In this document: one piece after another, positions 30,022 to 42,185 of the stretch
How positions within the stretch are numbered: position 1 is the stretch's first letter
Layout of the letters: every line of letters begins with the position of its first letter
From: an uncultured Nitrospiraceae bacterium
Lineage (GTDB): Bacteria > Nitrospirota > Nitrospiria > Nitrospirales > Nitrospiraceae
Direction: 5' to 3'
Assembly: GCA_963706325.1 (NCBI GenBank)
Contig: CAVPLT010000007.1
Coordinates: forward strand, 320,001 to 384,000
DNA length: 64,000 nt
Notes under the pieces: generated by a model
Told to the model about the DNA's origin: nothing
Database searches by the model: none
The model's input: the letters and a program-made list of their open reading frames with translations, nothing else
Translations under genes and position numbers: made by a program

Positions 30022-30159
30022 ACGCGATCCCTCGTCTCGACTCTTTTGTCGCCGCTCCTGTCCGCGTTGCTCACGAATCAACCTAGTGCCTGCCGGAGGG
30101 CGCGTCCAAGCGTTTGTTCTGATTAGATTGATCATTTCTGTTTATGATATGAAGAGGCC

Positions 30160-31053
30160 ATGGAATTCCGCCATCTTCGATATTTTCTCGCGGTCGCCGA
30201 CGCGCTGCATTTTACGAAAGCAGCCGAGGGGTTGCCGGTGTCCCAACCGGCGCTGTCCGCGCAGGTGAAACAGTTGGAGCATGAAGTGGGAGTGCCGTTG
30301 TTTGACCGTGTGGGCCGCTCGGTTCAACTGACGCGGGCGGGATCGATCTTTCGCGAACACGCCCGACGGGCGCTGCGTGAGATGGAATTGGCGCAGATGG
30401 CCATCGCCGAAGTTGAAGGTCTCCATCGCGGGGCTCTCTCGGTCGGCGTCGTTCAAACCGTGAACGCCTACCTGATCCCAGAGATCGTGACCCGGTTCTC
30501 AAACCTTCACCCCCAGGTCGGGCTGAAACTTGACGAACTGTCCGGTCCCGACATTGAGGCCGGCGTGAGAGACGGGATACTAGACGTGGGCATTGGATTC
30601 CTGCCGGTGACCTCTGATCGTCTCGAAAGCCAGCCGCTGTTCGAAGAAGACTTTGTCCTCATTGCCTCAGCGCGTCATCGCTTCGCCAAGCGCAGGCGCC
30701 TGTCTCTCTCGTCATTATCGGACGAGTCCTTGATTCTCTTGCCCGGTATCTTCTGCACACGCCGGTTGTTGAATGCGAGTTTCGAGCAGGCCGGCATCCA
30801 GCCCAAGATTATTGTGGAGATGAACTCCATTGAAGGTATTCTGGCCACGGTTCGGACCAGCACATTGCCCACTATCCTCCCGCGTTTGTCCTTGGGGTTC
30901 GGTCGCCACCCTGTGCTCCGAGCCATTACCCTGAAAAATCCGACTCCGCGACGGGGTATCGGACTGTTGTGGAAAAAGGGCGGGCATCGAAGCGGTGCGG
31001 TGCGCGCGCTGGCCGATCAGGTAAAATCCGTCGTGAAGGAGCACTTTCGGTAA
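30160..31053 (+). CDS. LysR-family regulator (CynR-like)
   Basis: MEFRHLRYFLAVA...HFTKAAE...VSQPALSAQVKQLE. Divergent from the MOSC gene. Confidence 0.93.
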   Translation: MEFRHLRYFLAVADALHFTKAAEGLPVSQPALSAQVKQLEHEVGVPLFDRVGRSVQLTRAGSIFREHARRALREMELAQMAIAEVEGLHRGALSVGVVQTVNAYLIPEIVTRFSNLHPQVGLKLDELSGPDIEAGVRDGILDVGIGFLPVTSDRLESQPLFEEDFVLIASARHRFAKRRRLSLSSLSDESLILLPGIFCTRRLLNASFEQAGIQPKIIVEMNSIEGILATVRTSTLPTILPRLSLGFGRHPVLRAITLKNPTPRRGIGLLWKKGGHRSGAVRALADQVKSVVKEHFR

Positions 31054-31369
31054 ACGCGGTTCCCTTCACCTGTCGCAGCTACCAGGTTCGTGGCAACAAC
31101 CTCGACGGCGTTGCGCTTCTTCGACGCATTCGCCTGCCTAGACTGCCTGGCTATGACTGACCTTCCTCAGCAGCACCCTAATGCCAGGCACGGTGTAATA
31201 GGCCTCTCGCTGGTCCGTTTTTTCAGGACTGTAACCTTTGGCCTCGCTGCGGCGACTTGAAGGGTGAGAGGAACCTCAATTCCTGTGGTGGCGAAGATAG
31301 ATAGGATATGATGCGGAGAGGCACAATGGGCCGGCAACGGGCATCAGCATCACAGGAGCGCAGGGACTC

Positions 31370-31951
31370 GTGTCCGATGATACGGAGATTATCGAACAGG
31401 TCTTGCGTGGCGAAATCGATCGCTTTGCGGATTTGATTGCTCGGCATCGGCAGCATGTGCTGAAAATTGTCAGCGGCCACGTCCCCGCGGACCGTGCCGC
31501 TGAGGTGGCGCATGACGTGTTCGTCCAAGCCTATCGTAGTTTGCCGAGGTTCTCGCGGCAGGCGCCTTTTGAGCACTGGTTGTCCCGGGTCGCGGTCCGA
31601 ACCTGTTACGATTTTTGGAGAGCGCGTCGTCGTGCGGAGATTCCTATGAGTACGTTGACGGCGGATCAGGCAGGCTGGCTCGATCGGGCGCTCGCCGCCG
31701 AATCGGATGCGCGGTTTCACGATCAAGCGGACCGGCGAGAATCGTTGGAGGTTCTGGATTGGGCGCTTGCGCAGCTGTCGCCAGAAAACCGCCTGGTCTT
31801 GACGCTGGTGCATCTTGAAGGTCGTTCGGCTCGCGAGGCGGCCGATTTGTTGGGCTGGAGCCTGGTCAATGTGAAGGTGCGGTGTCATCGGGCCAGACAG
31901 AAGCTTCGAACGTTGTTTCTTCAAGAATGGGAGCGACAGCACAATGACTGA
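31370..31951 (+). CDS. ECF RNA polymerase sigma factor
   Basis: Region 2 (DVFVQAY...FEHWLSRVAVRTCYD) and region 4 (EAADLLGWSLVNVKVRCHRAR). Confidence 0.92.
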   Translation: MSDDTEIIEQVLRGEIDRFADLIARHRQHVLKIVSGHVPADRAAEVAHDVFVQAYRSLPRFSRQAPFEHWLSRVAVRTCYDFWRARRRAEIPMSTLTADQAGWLDRALAAESDARFHDQADRRESLEVLDWALAQLSPENRLVLTLVHLEGRSAREAADLLGWSLVNVKVRCHRARQKLRTLFLQEWERQHND

Positions 31952-32264
31952 ACGTCGTGAGCCGCCCAGGGAACAAGTGGAGCGCCTCCTCCAGCAGGCG
32001 CACGGTATGCGCCAAGAGGTTGCCGTCTCAGAGGAGTGGGTTCGTGGAGTGATGCGGGTGGTTCGGCAGGACGCCACCGCGCATCCCTATGACTCCATGC
32101 TTGCCTGGGCCGAGCCGTTGGTGTGGCGGGTCGCCGCGGCTGCGGCTTTGGGGGCAGTGATCTTTGCAGGGTCGGTGGTGGTTTATACCGCTCGACAACC
32201 GCAGCCGGTCACTCCCGTCTGGCTGGAAGAATTCGATGCAGGGCAGCCGCTTCTCGCAGACTAG
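31944..32264 (+). CDS. Putative single-TM anti-sigma factor
   Basis: Overlaps the sigma stop. Short cytoplasmic N-terminus followed by one TM helix. Confidence 0.65.
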   Translation: MTERREPPREQVERLLQQAHGMRQEVAVSEEWVRGVMRVVRQDATAHPYDSMLAWAEPLVWRVAAAAALGAVIFAGSVVVYTARQPQPVTPVWLEEFDAGQPLLAD

Positions 32265-32292
32265 TTCGATCGCAGAGTAGGAGTCTCTAGAT

Positions 32293-32715
32293 ATGTCACG
32301 CACCACCCTCTGGTTTGGGCTCATGGTACTGTTTCTGGCCGGAGCGCTGACGGGCGTCGTCGGGACGTCGCTCTATTACCAATATGAGGATGAGCATCGG
32401 TGGGATAACGGACCGGCGGGACGGCAGGAGCGAATCATGAAACGGCTGACGCAGGAACTGTCGTTGGCTTCGTCTCAACAGGCGGAGATCGAGCCGATCG
32501 TCAAGCGGGCGCATCTCGAGATTTTGCGTGTGCGAGTCGATCATCAACCCGACGTCGATCGGATTCTCGGGCTGGGCATGGACAAAATCAAAACGAAGTT
32601 GTCGCCCGAGCAGCAGGCGAGGCTGGGCCAGTTGTATGCCCGGCTTCAACGGCGCTGGGAATTGACCCGCGAGTATCTGCAGGAGACGCAGGGGTCCATG
32701 GGACGGAAGGAATAG
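32293..32715 (+). CDS. Membrane-anchored periplasmic Spy/CpxP-like helical protein
   Basis: N-terminal [17 protein letters not shown] and LSPEQQ (LTxxQ-like) motifs. Confidence 0.7.
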   Translation: MSRTTLWFGLMVLFLAGALTGVVGTSLYYQYEDEHRWDNGPAGRQERIMKRLTQELSLASSQQAEIEPIVKRAHLEILRVRVDHQPDVDRILGLGMDKIKTKLSPEQQARLGQLYARLQRRWELTREYLQETQGSMGRKE

Positions 32716-32717
32716 TC

Positions 32718-33959
32718 ATGATGGGTCAGTCCGAACGATTTCCCACTGTTTTGAAGCGCTGGCTCATCGGATTGTCGGCAGCCAGTCTGCTGGCGGTGGG
32801 GGTCTATGCGTTGATGACCATATCCGGCGAAGCGCAACAGCGCGGCGCGGAGAAACGTCCGGCGATGGCGGCGCGAAGCACCCCCATCGTGGCGACTGCC
32901 GCCAAAACCGGAGAGATCAACATGTACCTGAACGGACTGGGATCGGTCACTCCTCTGAATACCGTCACGGTCAGGAGCCGTGTGGATGGGCAATTGATGC
33001 GGGTGTTGTTCAAGGAAGGACAATTCGTGCGCAGCGGCGATCTGCTGGCCGAGATCGATCCGCGTCCGTTCGAGGTGCAGTTGGTTCAAGCTCAAGGGCA
33101 GATGGCCCGCGATCAGGCGCAGCTGAAGAATGCTCAGTTAGATCTGCAACGCTATCAAGACCTGTACAAACAAAATTACATTCCGAAGCAGCAGGTCGAT
33201 ACGCAGGAAGCCTTGGTGCGTCAATACGTAGGGATCGTCCAGGCCAACCAGGGACAGATCGACAACGCCAAGCTGCAGCTGGCCTATTCCAGCATCACGG
33301 CGCCCATCAGCGGGCGGGTGGGGCTCCGCCTTGTGGATGCCGGAAATATCGTGCGCGCGAACGATCCCACCGGATTGCTGGTGATCACTCAATTGCAGCC
33401 CATCACCGTCATATTTACCCTGGCGGAAGACAATCTGCCTGCCGTGCTCGAACGCCTCAAGGCCGGAAAACAATTAGTCGTGGAGGCATTCGACCGTGAG
33501 CAGAAACGCAAACTGGCCACGGGAACACTCCTTACGGTGGATAATCAGATCGACCCGAATACCGGAACCGTCAGGTTGAAGGCGGTGTTCCCCAATGATG
33601 CCAGTGAGCTGTTTCCAAACCAGTTCGTGAATGCCCGGCTTCTCCTGGATATCAAGCGAGGCGCGACCGTCGTGCCCTCCGCAGCGATCCAGCGTGGCCC
33701 AAAAGGAACCTTTGTGTACGTGGTGAAAAGCGAAGAGCCAACGGTCACCGTGCGGGAGGTGACCGTTGGAGTGTCGCAGGGAGAAGAGACCTCGATCGAG
33801 ACGGGGCTGTCGCCGGGTGAGTTGGTCGTCGTGGATGGGACCGAAAAATTGCGCGAAGGCAGCAAGGTCGAGCTGCGGCCTGCGAGCGGGCCGGTCCCGG
33901 CGAGCCAGGAGACCCAGCCGACGGGAGCCGAGCCGATGAAGCAAGGAAACCGGACGTGA
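32718..33959 (+). CDS. mdtA: RND efflux periplasmic adaptor, MdtA/MuxA family
   Basis: [41 protein letters not shown]. Confidence 0.92.
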   Translation: MMGQSERFPTVLKRWLIGLSAASLLAVGVYALMTISGEAQQRGAEKRPAMAARSTPIVATAAKTGEINMYLNGLGSVTPLNTVTVRSRVDGQLMRVLFKEGQFVRSGDLLAEIDPRPFEVQLVQAQGQMARDQAQLKNAQLDLQRYQDLYKQNYIPKQQVDTQEALVRQYVGIVQANQGQIDNAKLQLAYSSITAPISGRVGLRLVDAGNIVRANDPTGLLVITQLQPITVIFTLAEDNLPAVLERLKAGKQLVVEAFDREQKRKLATGTLLTVDNQIDPNTGTVRLKAVFPNDASELFPNQFVNARLLLDIKRGATVVPSAAIQRGPKGTFVYVVKSEEPTVTVREVTVGVSQGEETSIETGLSPGELVVVDGTEKLREGSKVELRPASGPVPASQETQPTGAEPMKQGNRT

Positions 33960-36900
33960 ACCCTTCGCGACTCTTCATCCTGCGGCCGGTGGCCACTGTG
34001 TTGACGATGGTCGCGATCCTTCTGGCGGGCGCCATCGCCTATCGCCAGTTGCCTGTTTCCGCCCTTCCCCAAGTCGATTATCCGACCATCCAAGTGTTGA
34101 CGTTCTATCCCGGTGCCGGGCCGGACGTCATGGCTTCTTCCATTACGGCGCCGCTGGAACGGCAGTTCGGGCAAATGCCCGGGCTGAACCAAATGACCTC
34201 CACCAGTTCAGGAGGGAGCTCCGTCATCACATTGCAGTTCAGCCTTGAAGTCAATCTGGACGTGGCGGAGCAGGAGGTCCAGGCGGCAATGAATGCCGCC
34301 GCCACGTTCCTGCCGCGCGATCTGCCCGCGCCGCCGGTCTATAACAAGGTCAATCCGGCCGACGCGCCGATTCTCACGTTGGCATTGACCTCTGCCACGC
34401 TCCCTCTGCCGCAGGTTCGTGATTTCGCGGAAACCCGGTTCGCCCAGAAAATTTCGCAGCTCTCCGGCGTCGGCCTGGTCAGCATCAGTGGTGGGCAGCG
34501 TCCCGCGGTGCGGATCCAAGCGAATCCACGGGCACTGGCATCCTATGGATTGACGCTGGAGGATCTTCGGTTCGTGGTAGCTGCCGCCAACGTCAATCAG
34601 GCAAAAGGCGGGTTCGACGGACCGCGGCGCGCGTCGATCATCAACGCCACGGACCAGTTATTTGCCGGCAAGGAATATGAACCGCTCATCGTCGCCTATC
34701 GCAACGGCGGGCCGGTCCATCTGTCGGACGTGGCCGAAGTGATCGACGATGTGGAAAATACCAAGCAGGCAGCCTGGATGAATGAGACGCCGGCGGTGAT
34801 CGTCAATATACAGCGCCAGCCCGGGACCAACGTCATTGAAATCGTCGATCGGGTCAAAGGATTGCTGCCGCAGTTGCAAAATACGTTGCCCTCGTCGGTC
34901 CAGGTGACGGTGCTCACCGACCGCACGACCTCTATCCGCGCGACGGTCCGCGATGTGCAGTTCGAGTTGGTCTTGGCGGTGGCGCTCGTCATTCTCGTGA
35001 TCTTTCTCTTTCTTCGGACCTTGTCCGCCACGGTAATCCCGGCCGCAGCCGTGCCGATGTCGCTGATCGGCACGTTCGGAGTCATGTACCTGATGGGGTT
35101 CAGCCTGAACAATCTCACGTTGATGGCGCTGACGATCTCCACCGGATTTGTCGTGGACGATGCGATCGTCATGATCGAAAATATCGCGCGCTATATCGAG
35201 CGGGGGGATTCACCGCTTCAGGCCGCTCTGAAGGGATCGAAGCAAATTGCCTTTACCATTCTGTCGTTGACCGTCTCCTTAATCGCCGTGCTGATTCCCC
35301 TGCTGTTCATGGGTGATGTGGTCGGGCGCTTGTTCCGTGAGTTCGCCCTGACGCTCAGTATCACCATTTTGATTTCGGCAGTTGTGTCACTGACACTCAC
35401 GCCGATGATGTCCGCCAGGCTGCTGCGCGAGAGAGGGACGAAGCAGCCCGGCCGCTTCAATCGTTACTCGCAAGAGGTTCTAGATCGTATCTTGGCCGGG
35501 TATGGCACAAGCTTACTCTGGGTCCTCCGTCATCAAAAGGCCACGCTGGTCGTGACGATGGGAACGGTGATCCTGACCGTTGCGCTGTACATCCTGATCC
35601 CCAAGGGTTTCTTTCCGATTCAAGATACAGGTGTCATTCTCGGGATGACGGAAGCGCCGCAATCCGTGTCGTTCAGAGCGATGGAAGATCGGCAGCAGGC
35701 CCTCGCTCGCGCAATCCTGGAAGAACCTTCCGTGGAAAGCTTGTCGTCGTTCATCGGCGTCGACGGAACCAATACGACTCTCAACAGCGGGCGCATGTAC
35801 ATCAACTTGAAGCCGCTGGAGGAGCGGCGCTCCGCCGACGACATCATCCGGCGCTTGGAGGCGCGGGCCGCGGAGGTGGACGGAATCACGCTGCACATGC
35901 AACCGGTGCAGGATCTCACGGTCGAAGACCGCGTCAGCCGCACTCAGTTTCAGTACACGTTGGAAGATGCCGATCCCGAGGAATTGAATCGCTGGGCCCC
36001 CAAACTCCTGGCGGCTCTCCAGTTACGTCCGGAACTTCGGGATGTCAGCAGCGATCAGCAGAATCAAGGACTGGCCTCCATGCTGGTGATCGACCGCAAT
36101 ACGGCGTCTCGGCTCGGCATCACGCCGCAGATCATTACAGACACGCTGTACGATGCGTTTGGCCAGCGCCAGGTCTCTACCATATTTACCCAATTGAACC
36201 AGTACCGCGTCATTCTGGAAGTGATGCCGGAGTTTCAAAAGGGTCCGGAAGCCTTGCACTTGCTGGAGGTGCGGGGCAGCGGTGGCCCGGTGCCGCTGAA
36301 CGTGTTCAGCAGGGTCAAGGAAACGACCGCGCCGCTCGTGATCAGCCGGCAGGGTCAATTCCCCGCGGTGACGATCTCATTCAATCTTGCGCCGGCAGGT
36401 TCGCTGGGCGATGCGGTGGAGGCGATCGGCCAGGTGACGAAGGAGCTGGGGCTACCGCCGAGCATTCGCGGGAGTTTTCAAGGCGCAGCGCAGGCATTTC
36501 AAACTGCCTTGGGGAATCAGCCACTGCTGATCCTGGCGGCCTTGGTGACGGTCTATATCGTGCTCGGTATTTTATATGAGAGCTATATCCATCCCCTGAC
36601 GATCCTTTCGACCTTGCCTTCGGCGGGTGTCGGCGCGCTCCTGGCTTTAATGCTGTTCCGCATGGAGTTCAGCGTGATTGCCCTCATCGGCATCATACTG
36701 CTGATCGGGATCGTCAAGAAGAACGCAATCATGATGATCGATTTCGCCCTGGAGGCGGAACGTCAGGACGGCAAGCGGCCGGAAGAGGCGATTTATGAAG
36801 CCGCTCTGCTGCGATTCCGACCCATCATGATGACGACGATGGCGGCTCTGCTGGGAGCGCTGCCGCTTGCGATGGGATCGGGGGTGGGTTCGGAGCTGCG

Positions 36901-37066
36901 GCGCCCGCTTGGGATTGCCATCGTCGGAGGGCTGGTCTTGAGCCAATTGCTGACTCTCTATACGACACCGGTGGTCTACCTGGCACTTGATCGACTGGCG
37001 GCGCGTTTCCGGTCGGACCAGCGCCAGGTTCCGCTCTCCGAGGCGCTGCCCATAGGCCCGCGATGA
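33956..37066 (+). CDS. mdtB: RND efflux transporter, MdtB/MuxB
   Basis: [52 protein letters not shown]. Confidence 0.95.
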   Translation: MNPSRLFILRPVATVLTMVAILLAGAIAYRQLPVSALPQVDYPTIQVLTFYPGAGPDVMASSITAPLERQFGQMPGLNQMTSTSSGGSSVITLQFSLEVNLDVAEQEVQAAMNAAATFLPRDLPAPPVYNKVNPADAPILTLALTSATLPLPQVRDFAETRFAQKISQLSGVGLVSISGGQRPAVRIQANPRALASYGLTLEDLRFVVAAANVNQAKGGFDGPRRASIINATDQLFAGKEYEPLIVAYRNGGPVHLSDVAEVIDDVENTKQAAWMNETPAVIVNIQRQPGTNVIEIVDRVKGLLPQLQNTLPSSVQVTVLTDRTTSIRATVRDVQFELVLAVALVILVIFLFLRTLSATVIPAAAVPMSLIGTFGVMYLMGFSLNNLTLMALTISTGFVVDDAIVMIENIARYIERGDSPLQAALKGSKQIAFTILSLTVSLIAVLIPLLFMGDVVGRLFREFALTLSITILISAVVSLTLTPMMSARLLRERGTKQPGRFNRYSQEVLDRILAGYGTSLLWVLRHQKATLVVTMGTVILTVALYILIPKGFFPIQDTGVILGMTEAPQSVSFRAMEDRQQALARAILEEPSVESLSSFIGVDGTNTTLNSGRMYINLKPLEERRSADDIIRRLEARAAEVDGITLHMQPVQDLTVEDRVSRTQFQYTLEDADPEELNRWAPKLLAALQLRPELRDVSSDQQNQGLASMLVIDRNTASRLGITPQIITDTLYDAFGQRQVSTIFTQLNQYRVILEVMPEFQKGPEALHLLEVRGSGGPVPLNVFSRVKETTAPLVISRQGQFPAVTISFNLAPAGSLGDAVEAIGQVTKELGLPPSIRGSFQGAAQAFQTALGNQPLLILAALVTVYIVLGILYESYIHPLTILSTLPSAGVGALLALMLFRMEFSVIALIGIILLIGIVKKNAIMMIDFALEAERQDGKRPEEAIYEAALLRFRPIMMTTMAALLGALPLAMGSGVGSELRRPLGIAIVGGLVLSQLLTLYTTPVVYLALDRLAARFRSDQRQVPLSEALPIGPR

Positions 37067-40000
37067 ATATTTCGGCTCCCTTCGTCCGGCGTCCGGTCGG
37101 GACGATGTTAATGACCATCGGCATCACGCTGGTCGGCATCATTGCCTTTCAATTCTTGCCCGTCGCGGCCTTGCCTCAGGTGGAGTTTCCGACCATCAAC
37201 GTGTCTGCGTCGCTACCAGGCGCAAGCCCCGAGACTATGGCTTCTTCCGTGGCGGCTCCGCTCGAGCGCCAATTCACCCGTATCGCCGGCGTCACGGAGA
37301 TGACCTCCACTAGTACGATCGGCGGGACCACCGTCACGCTGCAGTTCGAGTTAAATCGTGACATCGACGGCGCCGCGAGAGACGTTCAGGCGGCGATCAA
37401 CGCGGCCCGTGCCGATCTTCCTCCGAATCTGCCTTCCACCCCTCGATACCGCAAAGTGAATCCTTCGGACGGGCCAATCCTTATTGTCGCCTTGACGTCC
37501 GAACTCGTGACCCGGGGTCAGATGTACGATGCGGCGTCGAGCATCCTGCAGCAAAAGCTCTCGCAGGTTGAAGGGGTGGGCCAGGTGTTCGTGGGAGGAG
37601 GATCGCTGCCGGCCATCCGGGTCGATCTCAATCCCACCGCATTGAACAAGTACGGCATCGGGTTGGGGGAGGTGCGCCAGGTCTTAGCCGCCACGAACGT
37701 GAATCGGCCGAAAGGACAGCTGACATCGGACGACCGTACGCGCGAAATCAGGACCAACGACCAGCTCCACAAGGTCGAAGAATACTTGCCCCTGATCGTG
37801 ACCTATCGAAACGGACGGGCCGTTCAGCTCTCCGATGTGGCGACGGTCGAGCATTCGGTCGAAGACCTCAGGACGATGGGTGTGGCGAATGGGACGCCCG
37901 CGGTGTTGGTGATCATCTACCGGCAGGCCGGAGCCAACATTATCGAGACGGTGGACCGGCTTCGCGAGCGATTGCCTCAACTGGAAGCGTCGCTTCCTGG
38001 CAGCATGGCGCTCTCGATCGTAGTGGACCGCACACCGGTGATCCGCGCGTCGCTGCATGACGTGGAAAGGACCCTGGCCATCTCCGTAGGGCTGGTGATA
38101 CTAGTGGTATTCGTCTTCCTTCGGGACCTCCGTGCGACCCTTATCCCTTGCGTCGCCGTTCCGGTCTCGCTGGTCTCAACCTTCGGGGTGATGTATCTGC
38201 TCGGATATAGTCTCGACAATCTTTCCCTCATGGCCATGACGATTGCGACGGGCTTCGTGGTCGACGATGCCATCGTGGTGCTCGAAAACATTACTCGTTA
38301 CCGTGAGCAGGGCGTGCCTCCGATGGACGCTGCCCTGCGCGGAGCCAAGGACATCGCCTTCACGGTCGTGTCAATGACCCTGTCGCTGGTCGCGGTCTTT
38401 ATTCCCATCTTCCTCATGGGTGGAATGCTCGGGCGCCTGTTTCAAGAATTCGCGGTGACGCTCTCGGTCGCGATACTCGTCTCCCTGGTGGTCTCTCTGA
38501 CGACGGTTCCGATGCTCTGCGCGCGTGTGCTCACGTCAGAGCGAACTGCTTCGCATGGCTGGTGGTATCGACATAGCGAGAGGGCGTTCGGATCGTTGCA
38601 TCATGGATATGCGAGGAGTCTGGCGTGGGTGCTTCGTCACCCTCGCACCATGTTGCTGGTGACGTTCGGCACCATGGCGTTAACCGTCTATCTGTACATC
38701 ATCGTGCCGAAGGGATTCTTTCCCCAGCAGGATACGGGTCGCCTGTTCGGCAATATTCAGGCGGCCCAGGACATTTCTTTTCAAGCGATGCGCCAGAAAC
38801 TGTCTGAAGTGGTGGAGATCATCAAGAACGATCCCGCCGTCGATAACGTCACGGGTTTTACCGGCGGCGGCGGCAATGCCGGCACGACCAATACCGGCAG
38901 GATGTTCATTGCGTTGAAGCCGCTCAGGGAGCGAAGCATCAGTTCCGATCAGGTGATTGCTCGTCTGCGCCCTCAACTGGCCAAGGTACCCGGAGCTCCG
39001 ACGTATCTGCAATCGATCCAGGATCTTCGTATCGGCGGCAGATCAAGCAGCGCGCAATATCAATATACGCTGCAGAGCGTAGACCTGCCCGAACTCAACA
39101 CATGGGCTCCAATCGTGGAGCAAACATTGCGCAGCCTGCCGGAAATCGTGGACGTGAATAGCGACCAGCAGGACAGGGGACAACAATCGCTGGTGGTATT
39201 CGATCGGGCCACGGCTTCACGGCTCGGGCTGAGCCCTCAACTCATCGACGATACGCTCTATGACGCGTTCGGCCAGCGTCAGGTGTCGATCATGTACACA
39301 CCCCTCAATCAATACCGTGTGGTCATGGGGGTCGCCCCGCAATATTGGCAGAGCCCGGACGCGTTGCATGACATCTACATCCGCTCGCCCTCCGGGGCGC
39401 AAGTGCCCTTGAGCGCCGTCACCCGATACGAACGCACGAACACGATCCTCTCCGTCAATCATCAAGGCCAGTTTCCAGGCATCACTCTGTCCTTCAACAT
39501 GTCCGCAGGAGTATCGCTGGGAGAAGCGGTGCGGGCAATCGAGCAGTCCATGCATGACATCGGTCTGCCCGCGACGGTGCGAGGCACCTTCCAGGGCACC
39601 GCGAAGGCGTTCCGATCCTCGGTGGAAAATCAGCCATGGCTGATCCTGGCGGCTTTGATGACCGTCTATATCGTGCTCGGCATTTTATATGAGAGCTACA
39701 TCCATCCCCTGACGATCCTTTCGACCTTGCCTTCGGCGGGCGTGGGCGCGTTGCTGGCGTTGCTGCTCTTCAAGATCGAACTGACGATGATCGCGTTGAT
39801 CGGCATCATGCTGTTGATCGGGATCGTCAAGAAAAACGCCATCATGATGATAGACTTCGCGCTTCAAAGTGAGCGGGAAGGAGAAGGCAAGTCGCCGGCG
39901 GACGCGATTTATGAAGCCTGCCTCTTGCGATTTCGGCCGATCATGATGACAACCCTGGCGGCCTTGCTGGGCGCGCTTCCGCTGGCCGTCGGCATGGGGG

Positions 40001-40164
40001 TGGGGTCGGAGCTGCGCCGCCCGCTCGGTATTGCGATTGTGGGCGGCCTCCTCGTGAGCCAGGTGCTGACCCTCTACACTACTCCGGTGGTCTATTTGTA
40101 TTTGGACCGTCTGAGGCTCCGATTCGTCAGGAAAAGAGTTCCCTCTCTGCATTCTGCCGCATAG
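37063..40164 (+). CDS. mdtC: RND efflux transporter, MdtC/MuxC
   Basis: [42 protein letters not shown] overlap with mdtB. Confidence 0.93.
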   Translation: MNISAPFVRRPVGTMLMTIGITLVGIIAFQFLPVAALPQVEFPTINVSASLPGASPETMASSVAAPLERQFTRIAGVTEMTSTSTIGGTTVTLQFELNRDIDGAARDVQAAINAARADLPPNLPSTPRYRKVNPSDGPILIVALTSELVTRGQMYDAASSILQQKLSQVEGVGQVFVGGGSLPAIRVDLNPTALNKYGIGLGEVRQVLAATNVNRPKGQLTSDDRTREIRTNDQLHKVEEYLPLIVTYRNGRAVQLSDVATVEHSVEDLRTMGVANGTPAVLVIIYRQAGANIIETVDRLRERLPQLEASLPGSMALSIVVDRTPVIRASLHDVERTLAISVGLVILVVFVFLRDLRATLIPCVAVPVSLVSTFGVMYLLGYSLDNLSLMAMTIATGFVVDDAIVVLENITRYREQGVPPMDAALRGAKDIAFTVVSMTLSLVAVFIPIFLMGGMLGRLFQEFAVTLSVAILVSLVVSLTTVPMLCARVLTSERTASHGWWYRHSERAFGSLHHGYARSLAWVLRHPRTMLLVTFGTMALTVYLYIIVPKGFFPQQDTGRLFGNIQAAQDISFQAMRQKLSEVVEIIKNDPAVDNVTGFTGGGGNAGTTNTGRMFIALKPLRERSISSDQVIARLRPQLAKVPGAPTYLQSIQDLRIGGRSSSAQYQYTLQSVDLPELNTWAPIVEQTLRSLPEIVDVNSDQQDRGQQSLVVFDRATASRLGLSPQLIDDTLYDAFGQRQVSIMYTPLNQYRVVMGVAPQYWQSPDALHDIYIRSPSGAQVPLSAVTRYERTNTILSVNHQGQFPGITLSFNMSAGVSLGEAVRAIEQSMHDIGLPATVRGTFQGTAKAFRSSVENQPWLILAALMTVYIVLGILYESYIHPLTILSTLPSAGVGALLALLLFKIELTMIALIGIMLLIGIVKKNAIMMIDFALQSEREGEGKSPADAIYEACLLRFRPIMMTTLAALLGALPLAVGMGVGSELRRPLGIAIVGGLLVSQVLTLYTTPVVYLYLDRLRLRFVRKRVPSLHSAA

Positions 40165-40423
40165 TATGTTGCTGCTCCGCGAGTGTCACATTCGCCTGAC
40201 TTTACCTCACGTTCCGCTCCTGGAATGCCGCTCTGGCCAGTAGACGAAGGGGCGCGCTCCCTCAACGACATTAATTTTTGCTCTTCTATCAATACCTGGA
40301 ATCCGAACATTCTCTTTTCGTTTGGGACCGGCTAGGGTACCGACATGAACGGGCACGGACCCTCACGCGCCCTCTGTCGGATATTGGGGTCCTTTCGGGC
40401 CACGTCTTACGGTCAGTGACTAT

Positions 40424-41098
40424 ATGAACACATCGCCTGCGTTTGATCTCGAACATTTGTTTCAGGAACATCAGCGTGATCTCTTGGCAATGCTTCGCCG
40501 CATGGTGGGGTGCCGGGAGACCGCGGCCGATCTGGCACAGGAAGCGTACATTCGTCTTGCCGACGTCCCGACCTCGCATATTATTACATCTCCTCGCGCG
40601 TTTTTATTTCGCACCGCCACCAATCTCGCGCTGGATCATTTCAGAAAGCAAAAATTTCGGGGCCAACGGCAAGCGTCGCTCGAGGAAGCCGAGAACGTAC
40701 CGACCGATGCGCGAGCCATAGACGCTCAGGTTCATGATAAGCAATTGGTCGCGACGCTCGAGCGGGCGCTGGCCACCTTGTCAGACCGCACTCGTGCGAT
40801 CTTTGCCATGCGGCGAGTATACGGCTATTCCTATCAGGAGATCGCCGCGCATTGGCAGATGTCGGAACGGGCGGTCGAAAAACATCTCGTGAAAGCCATG
40901 ACTCGCTGCCAAGAGGCGTTGATGGATAAGGATGTGCCCGCTACAGATAGGAGGGGAAAAGAGGAAGCTGACACGTCAATCGGAAGAGGATATAGTGCCT
41001 CGATTGCTTCTCTTGTTCATCTTTCCGAGTCACGATGCGACCTGAAGACAATCGTTCGCAGCTGCCATCCGCAAACTACAATCCGGAGCGACACCTAA
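40424..41098 (+). CDS. FecI-like ECF sigma factor
   Basis: AADLAQEAYIRL, PRAFLFRTATNLALDHFR, SYQEIA...VEKHL. Lies upstream of FecR. Confidence 0.9.
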   Translation: MNTSPAFDLEHLFQEHQRDLLAMLRRMVGCRETAADLAQEAYIRLADVPTSHIITSPRAFLFRTATNLALDHFRKQKFRGQRQASLEEAENVPTDARAIDAQVHDKQLVATLERALATLSDRTRAIFAMRRVYGYSYQEIAAHWQMSERAVEKHLVKAMTRCQEALMDKDVPATDRRGKEEADTSIGRGYSASIASLVHLSESRCDLKTIVRSCHPQTTIRSDT

Positions 41099-42033
41099 TT
41101 AAGGAAGCGACGGCGTGGTTTGTACGCCAGGCGGCCGGCGACTTTACCCCTGTCGAACGGCGCCAGTTAGAGTCCTGGTGCGCACAAAGCCCGGCGCATG
41201 CGCGCGCCTATCACAACGTGTCTGAGTTGTGGAACGCGCCTGAAATGCACAGGGCGGCGGCGCAGAGCTCAGCCGGCTGTCCTGTCCCTCAGGTGCGTGA
41301 GCAGACGCGTCATGCCTGGCGCTTCGCGGGAACTGCAGCCGCGGCGGTACTCTTGATGGTCAGCCTGGCGCTGTGGAGCGAAGGCCTACTCATCTGGCTG
41401 AAGGCAGACTATTCCACGGGAGTCGGGGAGCAGCGCGTCGTGACGCTGCAGGATCAGTCGGTCGTGACCTTAAACACGGGCACGTCCATTGCCGTGCGAT
41501 ATGCCTCCGATCGGCGATACATAGAATTGCTGCGAGGAGAGGCCTCCTTCGCTGTGCAGCCCAATCCTGCACGGCCGTTCACCGTTGAAAGCCACGGCGT
41601 CTCTACGACGGCCATCGGCACTCGATTTGTAGTCAAACATCGCAGCGCAGATATCCAAGTCACGGTGCTGAGCGGGACGGTCCTTGTTGACCATGGCAGG
41701 AAGGCACCAGATGACGCCATACGTTTGGCCGCCGGCGATCAAGTCTCCGTCGGGCAGCATGGGGCAGGATCAATTGATCGAGTTGATACAACGGCCATCG
41801 CCGCATGGATGCAGGGTCGTTTGGTTTTCGTCCGAACTCCACTCGCCGACGTCGTTCAGGATCTTGCCCGGTACCATCGAGGCTATATTATTATCTGGAA
41901 TCCAGCGCTCCAGTCCCTTCCGGTGACGGGTATCTATAACCTATCGGATCCCTCCCATATCCTCACGGCTCTGGCCGATACCTTGCCGATCCATATGGTT
42001 CGTCTCACAGACCACCTCGTCGTCATTCGCTAA
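41035..42033 (+). CDS. FecR-family anti-sigma/signal transducer
   Basis: EATAWFVR...W...PAHARAY, a TM segment, TGVGEQR.VTLQD.S.VTLNT, GEASF, GRLVF. Confidence 0.93.
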   Translation: MRPEDNRSQLPSANYNPERHLIKEATAWFVRQAAGDFTPVERRQLESWCAQSPAHARAYHNVSELWNAPEMHRAAAQSSAGCPVPQVREQTRHAWRFAGTAAAAVLLMVSLALWSEGLLIWLKADYSTGVGEQRVVTLQDQSVVTLNTGTSIAVRYASDRRYIELLRGEASFAVQPNPARPFTVESHGVSTTAIGTRFVVKHRSADIQVTVLSGTVLVDHGRKAPDDAIRLAAGDQVSVGQHGAGSIDRVDTTAIAAWMQGRLVFVRTPLADVVQDLARYHRGYIIIWNPALQSLPVTGIYNLSDPSHILTALADTLPIHMVRLTDHLVVIR

Positions 42034-42185
42034 GACCTCCTTCTTCGCAACCGTATTCCGTCAATGTGCTCGCCTTTGTTCCCTGGAGGGGGGGATTTTT
42101 CTTTCCCATACGTCCAGGCACAGGAAGGACACAACGATCGAGGGGCCGTGATATCGATCCTCGAAGTTTACTGACGGAGGTTTGA

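Noticed and set aside
40264..40282. Fur box upstream of fecI (AACGACATTAATTTTTGCT)
   Set aside because: The position is plausible, but it matches only about 11 of 19 positions of a Fur-type consensus by eye. Too weak to call.
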